DNA from: the human T2T-CHM13v2.0 reference genome, Homo sapiens
Length of the DNA: 64,000 nucleotides
Reading direction: 5' to 3' (one strand)
NCBI RefSeq assembly: GCF_009914755.1
Contig: NC_060925.1
Every line of letters begins with the position of its first letter. The stretch's first letter is position 1. Both the position numbers and the translations under genes were made by a program. A model generated the notes under the pieces. It did no database searches. It was not told the origin of the DNA and was given only the letters and a program-made list of their open reading frames with translations. This document shows positions 1-15,929 of the stretch, one piece after another.

Positions 1-830
1 TACCATCTCACTCACCCTTTTAAACTGTATTGTTCAATGGTTTTCAGTATATTCAACAAGCAGTCGTGAATCACCATAATCAAATTTAGAGGGTTTTCAT
101 CACCCTCAAAAGACATCCCAGGCCAGGCGCAGTGGCTCACGCCTGTAATCCAGCACTTTGGGAGGCAGAGGTGGGCGGATCGCTTGAGCTCACGAGTTTG
201 AGACCAGCCACATAGCGAAACTCCGTCTCTACAAAAAATACAAAAATTAGCTGGGCATGATGGTGCATGCCTATAGTCCCACCTACTTGGGAGGCTAAGG
301 TGGGAGGATGGCTTGAGTTGCGGGGGCAGAGGTTGCAGTAAGCCAAGATAGCACCACTGTACTCCAGCTTGGGCAACACAGCAAGACCTTGTTTCACAAA
401 AAAAAAAAAAAAAAATCCCATACCCATTAGCAGTCACTTCCTATTCCTTCCACCCTCTCCATCTTTCCAGCCTTAGGCAGTGACAGATCTATTTTTTGTT
501 TCTGTAGATTTGCCTGTTCTGGACAGTTCATTTACATGGAGTCTACAAAATTCAGCAGTCTTTTGTGAGAGGCTTCTTTCACTTGGCATGTTTTAAGGTT
601 CATCTACACTGTGGCATTTACCAGTACCTCATTTCTTCTTATTGCCAAATAATATTCTATTGAGTGGATAGTCCACATTTTATTTATCCATTCATCAGTT
701 CATGAAAGTTCAACCTGCTGCTACAAACATTTGTGTGTAAGTTATTGTGTGAGCATGTTTTCAATTCTCTTAGGTTTAGAACGTGGAGTAAAATTGCTGG
801 GCCATATGGTAACTGCATTATCTCTTTGAT
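1..830 (-). mobile_element. Old L1M 3' fragment containing an Alu (121-415, +)
   Basis: Reverse L1M 3'UTR motifs (ATTTTATTTATCCATTCATCAGTT…, TTGCTGGGCCATATGGTAAC). Confidence 0.7.
121..415 (+). mobile_element. Alu
   Basis: Dimeric Alu with A-tail; ATCCCA on both sides. Confidence 0.95.
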
Positions 831-1899
831 AATTTTGACTCTGCTGCTTTTTCTGCATGCTATCTCTGGAATGGGTATCGATTAGACTTTGAACTTTATG
901 AACTTATTCTCTTTATTCTTACTTTTCTAATTTGCCATTTCTTAATCTTTCTGTTTTATTTTTGGGAAAATTTCATTTTATCTCCCAGCCCTCCCACTGA
1001 ATTTTTATTTCAACTTTCATATTTTTAATTTTCAAAAACTTTTTCTTATTTACTGAACATTATTTAATAGCATTCCGATTTTCCAAAAAATGTATGATTT
1101 TCTCTTCTTTCTGGGAGTACAGTCATCATTCTGGGATTTTGCTTTGTATGTATCTGTTTTCTTTGAGGTCCTTTATTCTCTTTGGTTTTTGTTTTAATTC
1201 ACTCAGTTAACCACTATGCATCGAGGGCCCATCATGTGCCAGCAATTATTCCAGGTGGATGGAACAAAGATTCCTGCCATTAAGGGACTTACAGTTTTTG
1301 GGTCTGTCTTTGATGCTGGAGACGCTCCTCAAATATTTGGTGAATCAGTTTTGTGCATTTTTAAAATATAAAACTTAAATAAAGTGCAGAAATTTTAAGT
1401 GTATAGTTCAACAAAATTTTACATACATATACAGCCATGTGAGCACCACTCAGATCAAGATACAGAACATTTTGCTCACCCAAAAATGTTTCCCGTGCCA
1501 TTCCCAGTTAATATCTCCCCTCTCCCCAGAGGGAACCACCATGGCTTAGTTTTGCCCATTCTGTGATTCCATACACAGGATGTATTCTCTTGTGCCTGGC
1601 TTTGCTTCTTTTATTCAATATAGTATCTTTGATATTGATCCACATTGTTATAACAGTAATTTGTTCTTTATTCCTGTATTCCTTCCCTGATTATTTGCCT
1701 AAAACATTCAAGACTGCTCAAATGCCACCTCTTCTACAAAGACTTCCATGACTACTCCCCTAAGTTCCACACATACATCTATCATACCATTTGCTGCATG
1801 GCATTATCATTGTTTGCACACTCATCCTCTTCACTGGAATATGACCTTCCTGAAGGCAACACTTGTCCTGAGTGTTTTCATTTCCTTTATCAAAAGAAG

Positions 1900-2271
1900 T
1901 AATAACAGTGATCATAGAGTACTCATATGCACCAGTTATTAGTCTAAGGCCTTCACATTATGAACTCATTTACTTCTCAGAATAACGCTATGAGGTAGGC
2001 ATAATTATTATCCCCATTTTGCACATGAGAAAACTGCAGCATAGACAGGTTATGTAACTTGCCCAATGTCACTGAACTAATAATGGTAGAACTGCAATCT
2101 GAACCCAGATGATCTGGCTCAGAGACTATGCTCTTTAAGATCTCTGACTTTTGATCATAGACAGGTTAAGTAACTTGTCCAATATCATTGAACTAATAAT
2201 GGTAGAACTGAAATCTGAACTCAGATGATCTGGCTTAGAGGCTGTGCTCTTAAGATCTCTGACTTTTGATC
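1900..2271 (-). mobile_element. MIR with a tandem-duplicated end
   Basis: ATTATCCCCATTTTGCACATGAGAAAACTG MIR core; 116-bp duplication 2041-2156 / 2157-2271. Confidence 0.8.
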
Positions 2272-2514
2272 CGAGTAGGTGTCCAACTGTATGTGTTGAA
2301 CAGATGAATAAATGAATGAAGGTGGATAGAGAAGATAGGTGTTCACCAGAAATCAAACAAATTCAGCCTTAGAAAAGAAAAAGTACATCTTACAAGATGA
2401 AATCATACTGTTTGAAGCAATAAAAAATTTGGTTTTATTCACTTTGTCCTCTACGGAGCCCAAGCCATAAAGGGCCAGGGAAAGAGGTCTAGGATAAGAT
2501 TTTCTGTGGGCTTG

Positions 2515-2935
2515 TGTTATGGACTCAATGTTTGTGTCCCCCCAAAATCTGTATGATGAAGCCTTAACTCCCATGTGCCTATAGCTGTATTTGGAGATGG
2601 GGCCTCTAAGGAAATAATTAAGGTTAAATGAGGCCATAAGGGTGGGGCTCTGATCTGATACAATTGGTGTCCTTATAAGAAGAGACACCAGAGAGCTTGC
2701 ACTCTGTCCCTCTCTCCACATGCATGCACTGAGGAAAGGCCATGTGAGGACATAGTAAGGAGGTGGTCATCTACAAGTCGGGAAGACAGCCCTCACCAGA
2801 AACTGCATTTGCCAGCACCTTCTCATGGACTTCTAGCCTCCAGAACTGTGAGAAGTAAGTATCTGTTGTTTAAGCCACCCAGCCTGTGGTATTCTGTTAT
2901 AGTAGCCTAAATAAACAAATGTAGATTTTGGTACC
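2515..2935 (+). mobile_element. MLT1A-family LTR plus first bases of the internal region
   Basis: TGTTATGGACTCAATGTTTGTGTCCCCCCAAAAT start; CCTTATAAGAAGAGACACCAGAGAGC; followed by GATTTTGGTACC. Confidence 0.8.
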
Positions 2936-2989
2936 AGTTTTCAGAAACCAGCTTTGACAGTGTTCTCTCTTCTTTGGGACTAGACTTAA

Positions 2990-3286
<297 letters not shown>

Positions 3287-3929
3287 TATTTCTTTTCTGA
3301 AAGATAATTTTAAGACCCTATTCAATCCAGACTCTTTTTATCATAGAGCAAGATTTGATTTTCAATTTTTTCCTTCAACCTTTCCAATTCCTTAAAACTA
3401 CAGACTTTCTTGCTTTTAATCCTTAGCTTACTAGTTCTTGGCCTATGCAGAAATGCAACTTCTCCTCTTACACAGTATACTTATTCAATATTATTACTGC
3501 TATTGGTCATGCTTTTCTTAGTTAATAATGCTAATACGTACTGTCTTTCCCAGTGGTATTTCTATTTTAAACTCTGCTATAACTATGGAGTAAAACTTTG
3601 GGCTCTCAAGAGGATTTCAAATCTCAGCTGTCTGCCTGGGGACTTTAAAATATAACCATTTTTTAAAAACTTATAAAAATTTCCAACACAAAGTAGAATA
3701 TAGTCATTACACAGATTCAACATTAACAGGATTTTTGTCACATTTCCTTAATCGATTCCTTGTTTCTCTGCTGAATACTTCAGAGCAAATCTATCATGTC
3801 ATTTAAAAACTCTATGTAGCACAATATACCTCTCTTAAAAGGGAGGGACCATGTTCTTATATAATCAAAATGCAAGTAGCTTATATAATCTAATAGAATT
3901 AACAATAACTCTTTTGTTTGGGGACCTCT

Positions 3930-5370
3930 GAAGTGAAACAAATCATACAGAATTTTAATACTATAAAAACATTAGCACTGTAAAAACAGCAACATATTAT
4001 ACAGCCTCAAAACAGTTTTAAACTGAAGTCTAGTATGTTCAGAAACGCAGGGTGCTGACCCACCATCCAACTGAAGCTGAGCTCAGGAATGCCTAAGACA
4101 ACTCATAAAAATACACAGCATCAAGATCAGTCTTTGTACATTATTTCAATGAAAAACACATAGCTGTGTACAAATATACAGATCTCAAACTGTAACACTG
4201 AAACACAAAATGCAACAAAGTGGCTTTATAAGTTTTCTTCACTGAGACAGACCTTCTGGTGACTTCTGGTGAATCTAGACATTTATGATTATTAATACAT
4301 AATAAGCAAGAGAAATACAGATTTTCCAACCTCATGATCAGTAAATTCCTTTGAAAAATGAATGAAGGTATCAGAGTCATCAAAAGGGGAAACAGTTGGT
4401 AAGTTTGATGGCCCTGCCTACACTGTATAATGTAAGACACACAATAAGAGCTATAAGAAACTATAGTTAAATGTTAGAAGTAAAGCCAATATCGTTTTCT
4501 CAGACTTCTCCCAGTGATTATATACCTGATATATAAACATCTTCAAATGTGAAATAGTTCAATAACACAATGACACTTTGCCAGTGTATTAATCTGATAT
4601 ATATTTTGAACTGGAATGATTTGTAAAGAAATAAATAAGAAACCCTAAAAAGAAACCATTAGTTCCAAGTCAAATTATGTTAATGGTCTATAGAAAAAAG
4701 TGAGTGTGGGCAGGAAACATTGGCTACATGCCAATTTTTATTTCAAAGAGTAATGTTGCACAAATAATAGTTATCATTGTCTTACACAACAAAAAATCCT
4801 AAAGTTAATCTCACAAACCTAAATTAGCTGAACATGGAGTAACAAAGTCAAAGCCAGTATTATCATCAGCACATTAATTTGATAAATCAAACTACATCTT
4901 TAAAAAAAAACCCTGCATCTGCTGCTGTGCAGAACTGATAATTACTTTTCAGCATGTAAACGAAAAATCATTATACAGCTCTCTCTCTTTTTTTTTTTTT
5001 TCCTAGAAAGATGTATACCAGGGAAACACAACAGAATTTGTTACTTGTTAAATCCCACAAAAGCTACAAGGGAGCTGAGAGTTGATGGCACTTAAGGACA
5101 GTAAAAGTCTGCACTTTTAATATTTTTAATGCCCACTGATGGGCTTTGTGTCAATACTTTTTAAAATGCTTTTTATTTACAATAGATAAAACAGTAAGGA
5201 AATACAATATTATATCATATCCCCGCACAGAGATACTATATCTGTATAAATGAATCACTAGTAAAAGAGTTATTTCTTATTTCAAATGAAGTCTTATCTA
5301 GGTATTAATTAGGCTGTAATCTAAATGTTGATGGTGCCTATTTTCAACTCCCAAAATAAACAGAAAGAGC
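3930..5370 (-). other. NSL1: NSL1 3' UTR (proximal unique part; may extend further left)
   Basis: AT-rich non-repeat sequence after the stop; AATAAA at 5172-5177 and 4737-4742, ATTAAA at 3954-3959 (minus strand). Confidence 0.7.
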
Positions 5371-5649
5371 TCATGTATCAAGATTAATTTTCTTTGGCCG
5401 CAATGGATACCATTTTCTCTGGGGGCAGTCTTTAGTTTGCTTTCTTTTCAGTACCATGTCAGAGGTTTTCCTGGAAGCAGTCTCTGTTGGTGTGGTTTCT
5501 ATCTGTGTTATAAAGTTCTCAGGTTTAGCATCTGGTTTCCTATGACAACTGGAAAAGACTTCTTGGTGAATCCTCTGGAGGTGGATAACAGGCTGCATCC
5601 TGAGAACTTGGGAAAATCCCTCTCCTTGTTCAATTAATGCAGGCAAGGA
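5371..5649 (-). CDS. NSL1: NSL1 last exon coding part (SLPALIEQ...PVIHL...RPKKINLDT*)
   Basis: GTTTGTTTGTTTGAAG acceptor; 279 nt to TGA; exon sum 846 nt = 281 aa; PVIHL at 5578-5592. Confidence 0.97.
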   Translation of the reverse strand, partial: SLPALIEQGEGFSQVLRMQPVIHLQRIHQEVFSSCHRKPDAKPENFITQIETTPTETASRKTSDMVLKRKQTKDCPQRKWYPLRPKKINLDT

Positions 5650-5694
5650 CTTCAAACAAACAAACAGTAATATTCAACATTAATCTCAGGTTGA

Positions 5695-6078
<384 letters not shown>

Positions 6079-6497
6079 TAGCCTCTCTGTGCCTCAGCTT
6101 CCTCATCTACAAAAGAAATAACAGTATCTGTCTCATAGGATGTAAGGATTACATGAGACAATACATGTAAAGCAGTTGGATGGTGCCCATACCAATTATT
6201 CAATACATTTTAGCTGGTATTATTATCCAAAACTGTTCGGTGAACTGCTAACACCCAGAACACAAAAATATAATCAACCTTTAAAGAAGACAGGTATATT
6301 ACCTGGCACATAGTAGGTACCTGATAAATGGCAGCTATTCTAAATGTTACTGTTGCTTAATAAATTCATTAAAGATTTATTTAAAGGACCGCTGAGAATT
6401 CCTGTTAGAGCAGACTAAAACACATATGAATGTTGAATGCAAATACCTAGCCATACATTTTGTTCATTTGATAATTTTTTTAGCACATAGCTTTTAC

Positions 6498-6565
6498 CTT
6501 CATGGCTTCACTGATCTCCTTTGCTACTGTTTCCCCTCTGCATTTCAAATTTTCCATATGAGGGG
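6498..6565 (-). CDS. NSL1: NSL1 exon 5 (APHMENLKCRGETVAKEISEAMK, 68 nt)
   Basis: TTTTTGCAG acceptor, AAG|GTAAAA donor, phase 1 to 0. Confidence 0.96.
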
Positions 6566-7439
6566 CTGCAAAAACATTGCCAAACAGTATTTTAGGTTTT
6601 TATCTAATAGCAAATCATAAAAGGCATATAGATACTATCTGAAAGGCATATAGATGCTATCTGGACAAAAATCTGCTAGGACGATTCACCTCAGCTTAAT
6701 CTTTCTCAGAGTGAGACCATTATAATAATAGAGTAAAACTAAAAGTTATAAGCATAAGATGGTACACAAAATTCTATTACGAGTAGTCATAACACTGTGT
6801 GCCCCTAAAAGAGAGTTCAATGTTCATTCTATACATTACCTACCACTATGTTTAACATCTTTGAGCACTATCATCACATTTTTAAATAAATACTTTTTAT
6901 ATTACTCTGAATTTTATAAAAGTAACACATATTCGATCTTAGAATATACAATCACACTGCACTGAGATCATGCCTAGATGGAATTAATCTGGAACAGATT
7001 ATCAGTAATACTACTTTCTCTTTCCTTACTTCCTAATACATATTTTCTTCTTCCAATCTTTGCATATTCAATGATACAGAAAGATAAAAATCTTACTAAA
7101 ACTCTAAACAAAACTGAAAATGAGAAAAAATTGTTCCATTATGAAATCATCTATGAATTACTTTTTAGAAGAGTAGTTCTCACTAGAAATTTCTTAGAGT
7201 CAAAGCAAGTACATAACTATGTTAGGAGGGCCACATTTTCACTGGCTAGAAGAGATTGGTCAATAACCCAGGCAAAATATTTCTTTCATAACTGCTATTT
7301 TTCTTTTCTGACTTGTCTTAGGTTCATCTTTAAAAAGTGAGAACACATTTAGAAAAATGGAAATGAACCACAAAAACAGCTTACTGAAAGAGGGCACTCA
7401 AAGAAGGAGACAGACAATGGCAACAGGATAATCTCAGAA

Positions 7440-8065
7440 AAGGGTTTTTTTTTTGTACCAGAAATTTCTTTGGCAATTTGGTGAAACCTATGAACACCTT
7501 CTCAGAAAAATTTTTAATGTACTTGTTTTTTAAATTGAGGTATAATTTATATATAGTGAAATGTATAGACAGTAAGTTCAGCATTCAATTGACAAGTGTA
7601 TACCAAGACACAGGACATTTTCATCACCCTAGAAAGTTCTCTTGTGCCCCTTTCCCAGTCAATTTTCTCCATAAGAAGCAACCATTTATCTGATTTTAAT
7701 CACTATACATTAGTTTTGCTTATTCTAAAATTTCAGAATGTTTTAAAATAAAATTTAAAATGTAAGTAGAAAATTGTGATAGGTAATATATGTGCTTCTT
7801 TATTGATGATTTAAATAACAAAATTGATGGCATAGTGATTACCATAATATAAAAACAATGAGTGTAAACAACAGTGTGAGGTATCTACAACAACAGAAAA
7901 TGAAAATATCTGTAGCTTTAAGTAACAGAAAGAAAGTTAGTGATACTGATAACATCACCACTATTACCTACATTCAAAATGGAAGGAAATGCTAAATTTC
8001 AGTTTGAGGCTAGTAAAAATAAAAATGTATTTTTTTTCCTATACAAGTTCACAGGAGGGTCCTAA
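7440..8065. mobile_element. Charlie4a-like DNA transposon with an L1M fragment inside (~7520-7730)
   Basis: TTTGGCAATTTGGTGAAACCTATGAACACCTTCTCAGAA and GGAAATGCTAAATTTCAGTT…CAAGTTCACAG motifs. Confidence 0.6.
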
Positions 8066-8319
8066 GGATCCTTGCCTTGAAATAACATCATAATTTCTAT
8101 TATTTACGATTTGAGGAGATTCCCCAAAAGTACTCAGGGGCATAACAATTGTTAAATTTTCTCTGTGGTATGGCAAATAAATAATTCATCCTTTGGTCCT
8201 CCTGTGGCAATATGGATTCTAGCCAGGCCCACACTTACTCTCTCTTCAAGCTTGCACACCTGTGTAGGAGCTATCTGTTCAACGAACATTTATGATGTAT
8301 CTTCCATGGGCTAGGCTTA

Positions 8320-8720
8320 TGATATGGTTTGGATCTGTGTCCCCACCCAATCTCATGTCGAATCATAATCCCAATGTTAGAGGTGGGGCCTGGTGGGAGG
8401 TGATTGGATCACGGGGCGATTTCCCCCTTGGTACTGTGTTATGATAGTGAGTGAGTTCTCATGAGATCTGGTTGTTTGAAAGTGTGTGGCACCTCACCCC
8501 CAAAACAGCTTCTTCCTGTTCCATCCATGTGAGGTGCTAGCTCTTCCTTTGCCTTCTGCCATGACTATAAGTTTCCTGAGGCCTCCCAAGAAGCTGAGCA
8601 GATGCCAGCATCATGCTTCCTGTACAGCCTGCAGAACTGTGAGCCAATTAAACCTCTTTTCTTTATAAATTACTCAGTCTCAGATATTTCTTTACAGCAG
8701 TGTGAGAAGAGACTAATACA
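8320..8720 (+). mobile_element. MSTA-like solo LTR
   Basis: TGATATGGTTTGGATCTGTGTCCCCACCC...GACTAATACA; TSD GCTTA/GCTGA. Confidence 0.88.
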
Positions 8721-10075
8721 GCTGAGCAGTAGGTACTTATAATAAGTAAAAATGGTCCCTGCCCATCAAGGAACATTCAGTTTAGAAGAGAGAAACACAG
8801 GAAGTTCTTCAAAATTAGCTCAAACTTTTCCTGGGTAGTCTCATGTTTCCATGATCTCGGTTAACACATACCTCACCTCCTGCCTGAATGGACCCTGCCT
8901 TGCTACAGGCTCCCACTGGGTCCTGCACAGTTCTAGTACAATGCCTGGAAGACATCATTGCACTAATTTGTGTAGAATAAATTTCTCAACCCTATCAGAC
9001 CCGACCCAACACCACCCCCCACTTCAGAACATATTTTGTAAAGATCCCATTACTATTCTAAAGCAAAATTCATAGGTAATATTTCTACACATATAAATAG
9101 AAATAAAGGGAGAAATAATATTCATCAAAATATGTACTTAATATGTTTAAATATGCTCAGACCCAACTATACCAAAGACATAATGAAGTACTCTCAGACT
9201 TGTGCCTACTTATAATGAGTAAGCTTGGACTTAAGAAAATTTACATTTGAAGCCATTCTATACAGAAAGCAGAAGATCAGAAGTATGGATGGAACTTGAA
9301 TAAAACTTAATGTTACATAAGAAATAATAGATTAGATTTATTTGAATATAAGAGGAAGAAAAACTGAAATAGAGATAACATACCAAGACAAAGTACTGAC
9401 TGTTGAACTGGTGAAAATTAGGAAGTACATTATTTCTACAAATGAAATGTCCTTATTAAAAGTGTAGTGTCAAAATTATCCCCTATAACATGAAAAAGTG
9501 CGAGATTAAAGTCTACCAGAAAACATATCTCCTGCTTCAAAATTCCCATAATTTAGACTATAGTCAATATATACATTAACTTAAAAAGACTTCAAAGATC
9601 ATACTGTCGAAAGGTGATGAGAAATAGAGGATGGATTAGGCAAAATATTAATACAAGAAACTATAGAGATGATATGTGGCTGACCTCTGTAGTTAATCTG
9701 ACTGACACTCAAAACAGGCAATTCAAAACTATAATTAGAATACTTTAAACATTTTAAATCTTCACATAATTTCTTATCATTGTGGTACAAAAATATAATT
9801 TTTAATATTTAGTTTGACAATAGCAAATATACCTAAACCACTTTTGCTTAAAAAAAAATGAGATCCCTGTATTTTGTGTGCTTCTGTTAATTCAGTAACA
9901 TTTGGTTCTAGTCCTAAGGACTCTCAAACTTTGTTACATATTTTCCATCAGCTTTGCTGCTTTTGCAATAACTAAATACTGCATTTAATTAAAATCCCTT
10001 TTAATTAAAATTGTTGGAAATGCTCTAAGTAATTCCTTAGGAAAAAACAGGTATGAAAGTCTCAACTGAATCTAA

Positions 10076-10448
<373 letters not shown>

Positions 10449-11708
10449 TCAATTTTCCCTTCCTCCACATGTTCATTAACAGGTTCCATGTATACTCCAA
10501 ATATACTTCATGTATATTCAAATTCTTAAATACCTTGTATATACAATCTTTAAATATAATCACCCTATCTTAAAAATAGCATGCATAGGAGTGACATCAT
10601 CAAAAATGGTGGCATAGGAGATTCCAAAGGCCCATCCCTCCACAGAAAAAAGCTGGCAAAATCTGTCACAATCAACTTTATCAAAAATCTGGAAAACAGT
10701 CAAGGGTTTTCACCAATCAACAGAATGTTTAATCAAGGCAAGAGCAAGTGAAATCTGGTAGGAGAACTTGGTATATTTTAATTTACCCTTGCCCCATTCC
10801 CTTCTTCCTGGCTCGGTGGCAGTAATTCCCAGAGTGGGTTACTGGTGCTGGAGATAACAGAGTAGACTCTGCTCTCAAAGAATTGTATTGTTTTGACCTG
10901 GTGAGTGGCTCTCTGAAGGACTAACACAAAAGGCTTGCCTTTATTTCACCTGATTTGGAACTCTCTCAGGGTGGAAAAGTGGTTACCTGGAGGTTATCTG
11001 TTAAAAACATTGAAAGGTAACGAAGCAGCAGATGCAGCGTGCAGCACAGGAAGTCAGTTGGGGCAAACAAACTGCTTGCTGAAAAGCTCCAAACAAGCAG
11101 GATGGGAAGGCAAAGGCCGTTATGAACTGCCTGGCTGAGAGCTGAAGGCATATCCCGACATACACCTACAGAGTTTAATGTTTTGTTTTGCTCCAGGCAT
11201 TTAAGGAAATCTCTGACAAATCACTAGCTGACCACTAAGCTAATGGAATGGAGACTTCAGTGACTACAAACAACAAAAAACATGGTATTTCCAAAAAAGC
11301 TTTAGAAAAGTCACTAAACAAACAAACAACTCACCACAAGCAGCAACAACAAATCCTGGGAAGATGGAAGAATCTCATTTCTAGAGTTACCATATTAAAA
11401 TATTTGAAATGTCCAGTTTTCAACAAAAAATTATGAGGCATGCGAAAATACAAGAAAGTATGGTCCATTCACAGGAAAAAAAGGAAATTAACAAACTGTC
11501 ACTGAGGAGGTTCAGACACTGGACTGACTAGATAAAGACTTTCCATCAATTATCTTAATATGCTCAAAGAACTAAAGAAAACCTAAATAATGTGTGTCAC
11601 CGAACAGAGAATACCAATGGCAGACAGAAATTATAAAAAGGAACAAAAAAAATTCTGGAGCTAAAAAGTATAATAACTGAAATGAAAAACTCAGAGGGGA
11701 GACGGTGA

Positions 11709-12237
<529 letters not shown>

Positions 12238-12533
12238 TTAAGAGATAATGGCCAATAACTTCCCAAATTTGATAATACATGCATTTACACATCCAAGAAG
12301 CTCAACAAACTCCAAGCATTTACACATCCAAGAAGCTCAACAAACTCCAAGCAGAAAAACTCAAGGAAAGCCACATCAAGATACATACTAATCAAACTGC
12401 TGAAAGCTAAAGACAGAATCCTGAAAGCAACAAGAGAGAAGTGATTCATTACATATAAGACATCCTCAATCAGATTAACAGCCAATGTCTCATCAGAAAC
12501 CATGAAGAATAGAGCACTGGGAGGATATGGTTA

Positions 12534-12966
<433 letters not shown>

Positions 12967-13804
12967 ACTTGAAGGAGTTAATAATTAGTAAACCTGGACT
13001 ACGAAACTGCTAACAGTGTTTCAGGCTGAAATGAAAGGATGCTAGACAGCACCTTGAAGCCACACGAACAAATAAAGAATACCAATAAAGGTAACTACAT
13101 AGGTAAATATAAAAGTTAGTTTGTGACGTCTCCTTTTTTTCTACATAATTTAAAAGACAAATGCATCAAACAACAATTATAAATCTACATTAATGGATAT
13201 ACAATGTATAAAGATGAAATCTGTGACAATGACAACATAAAGGGGGAGAAACAGAGCTGTATAGAAGAAGTTCTATACAGTATTAAAACTAAAGTGGTAT
13301 TAATTCAAACTACATTGTTATAAATTTCAGATGCAAATTGTAATCCCCAAGGAAACCACTAAAAAAAACCCCTAAGAACTATACAGAAAATAATAAAAGT
13401 GGCACACTTCAAAAAGCTCAATTAAACAAAAAAGAAGACAGTAATGGAGGAATTGTGGAAGTAAAAAAGTATAGAAAACAAATACCAAAATAGCAAAAGT
13501 CCTTCCTTATCAGTAAGTGTAAATGGATTAAACTTTCCAATTAAAGACAAAAGTTGGCAAACGGATAAGAAAGACATGATTCCAACTCTATTCTGTCTAT
13601 AACTCACTTTAGATCCAAAGACAAACATAGGTTGAAAATGAAAAAATAAACTAAGATGCTCCATGCCAAAGGTAAGAAACTGCTTAGATGAGTTGCACAA
13701 CTTTATGAATGTGCTGCCAGTGAATCATACACTTCAAAATGGTTAAAATGGTAAATTTTATGTGTACTTTGCCACTGCCACAACAAAAAATAAGCATCCA
13801 TATG

Positions 13805-14657
13805 TGTGGTAGTCTTCAAGATGGCCCCTGTGGCCAGGTGCGGTGGCCCAGGCCTGTAATCCCAACACTTTGGGAGGCTGAGGTGGGTGGATCACTTGAG
13901 CCAGAAGTTCGAGACCAGCCTGGCCAACATGGCAAAACTCCATCTCTACTAAAAACACAAAAATTAGCCAGGCATGGAGGTGTGTGCCTGTAGTCCCAGC
14001 TACAAGGGAGGCTGAAGCACAAGAATCACTGGAACCCAGGAAGCGGAGGTTGCAGTGAGCTGAGATCGCACTGCACTCCAGCCTGGGCGACAGAGCAAAA
14101 AAAAAAAAAAAAAGATGGCCCCCAGTGATCTCTGCCTTGTGCAGGGTATTCATGCCTCCTTGTGCAGTCCTCTCCCACAGTGTACTAGGTCAGCCTGCAT
14201 GACCAGTAACTAACAGCTCAAGTAATAGCAAATCACTTCCAAGATTAGGTTATAAAAAAGACAACTTCTGTCTTGGGTATTCATTTATTCATTCATTCCC
14301 TATGCCTTTCAGATCATTCGTCCTGCAAGAAGTAGGTTGACATGTTACAGAAGCTTATGGAGAGGCCCACGTTGTAAGGAACTAAAGTCTCTAACACACC
14401 AGCCAGGGCTGTACTGCCAACAACTATGTGAGTGAGTTTGAAAGTGGATTTCCCACAGTCCCAGGTGAGCCCTGAAAGATAACTGCAGCTCCAAATGACA
14501 TCTTGACTACAACCTTGTGAGAGCCCTATGCTAGAACTACCCAGCTAAGCTGCTATCAGATTAATGACCCTCAGAAACAGTAAGAGATAACACATTTATT
14601 GTTTTAAGCAGCTAAACTTTGGGATAATTTGTTAGGCAGCAATAGATAACTAATACA
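13805..14657 (+). mobile_element. MLT1F-like LTR interrupted by Alu 13832-14113
   Basis: TGTGGTAG...AAGATGGCCCC start (also the Alu TSD) and ...GCAGCAATAGATAACTAATACA end. Confidence 0.7.
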
Positions 14658-14734
14658 ACATGAGAGCAATATATTTTCAAAGGAATAAATTTAGGCTTAT
14701 CTTAGGTAGAAATAAAATTCCTAGTGAGATTTAT

Positions 14735-15034
14735 TTTCTTTTTTCTTTTTTTGACACAGGGTCTCACTCTGTCACCCAGGCTGGAGTGCAGTGGTGTGAT
14801 CTCGGCTCACTGCAACCTCTGCCTCCTGGTTCAAGTGATTGTCATATCTCAGCCTCCTGAGTAGCTGGGACTACAGGCATGTGCCACCAGGCCTGGCTAA
14901 TTTTTGCATTTTTTGGTAGAGATGGGGTTTCACCGTGTTGGTCAGGCTGGTCTCGAACTCCCAACCCCAAGTGATCCTTCCACCTTGGCCTCCCAAAGTG
15001 CTGGGATTACAGGTATGAGCCACTGTGACCAGCC
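14735..15034 (-). mobile_element. Alu (AluS-like)
   Basis: Reverse Alu. Confidence 0.93.
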
Positions 15035-15720
15035 TTACTTTCAAATAATATATGATTGTAGATAAATACTATAATTCCTTCACTTTAATGTGATTTATGT
15101 CATCTTCTTGCAGTTTCAAATATATTTAATGATATGATAATATCTGTTAACTTTTTACTTATCACTGATTGAATAAATATTATGTAATCTAGTAACACTA
15201 TGAATTGTTGTTAGGGATATGGAACAACTGTAACTATCATACCTGCTGTTAGAAGTATAAATTGAAATAACCACTTCAGAAAACTTTTTAGTAATAGCTA
15301 TAAAAGCCAAACATATGCCTACATGTGACCCAAAAATTCTATTTCTAGATATATATCTACGAGAGATGAGTATAAATGTGGTATAAGAATGTTCATAGTA
15401 GCTTTATTCATATAGCCAAAATCTGGAAACAAATCAAGTAACAACAGAAGAGATAAATTGTCTGTAGACACACAATGGAATACTACACAACAATAACAAA
15501 GAACTTCTGCTACATTCAAAACGTGGATGAATCTCATAGGAATAACACCAATTTAAAGAAGGTAACACAAGAATGCATACTATATGATTCCATTTACATG
15601 AAGTTCAAGAAAAGACAAAAATCTATGATGATGTAAGTCAGAATAGTGGTTATACCTGATAGAAATGGTATAATGACTAAAAAGGGGTATGGGAAACATT
15701 TTGGGGTACTGGAAATGTTA

Positions 15721-15929
15721 TACAGGGTATCCATAAGGCTGGGGAACAGGATAAATATGTGCTAGTTACATTTTCAAATAATATGTTCAATATCTTTTTC
15801 TTCAACCTCAATATATTTTTCCAAGTAAAACACTTCTAAATTTAAAGCAGTGGCCCCAATTGTGAATATTTTTAAAAATACAATAAACGCACTGTTTTCT
15901 TTATGCTTCCAGGTTTTTTGGACACTCTG
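15721..15929. mobile_element. Mariner-type MITE (MARNA-like) inside an old L1M fragment
   Basis: Imperfect terminal inverted repeats TACAGGGTATCCA … TGGACACTCTG. Confidence 0.45.

Noticed and set aside
12-437. Alu-derived ORFs here and throughout (LECSG…, PASAS…)
   Set aside because: Standard Alu translation artefacts
5650-5655. ORF-track start 'MK' before SLPALIEQ
   Set aside because: TTGAAG is the intron acceptor; it only coincidentally mimics the ATGAAG at the end of exon 5
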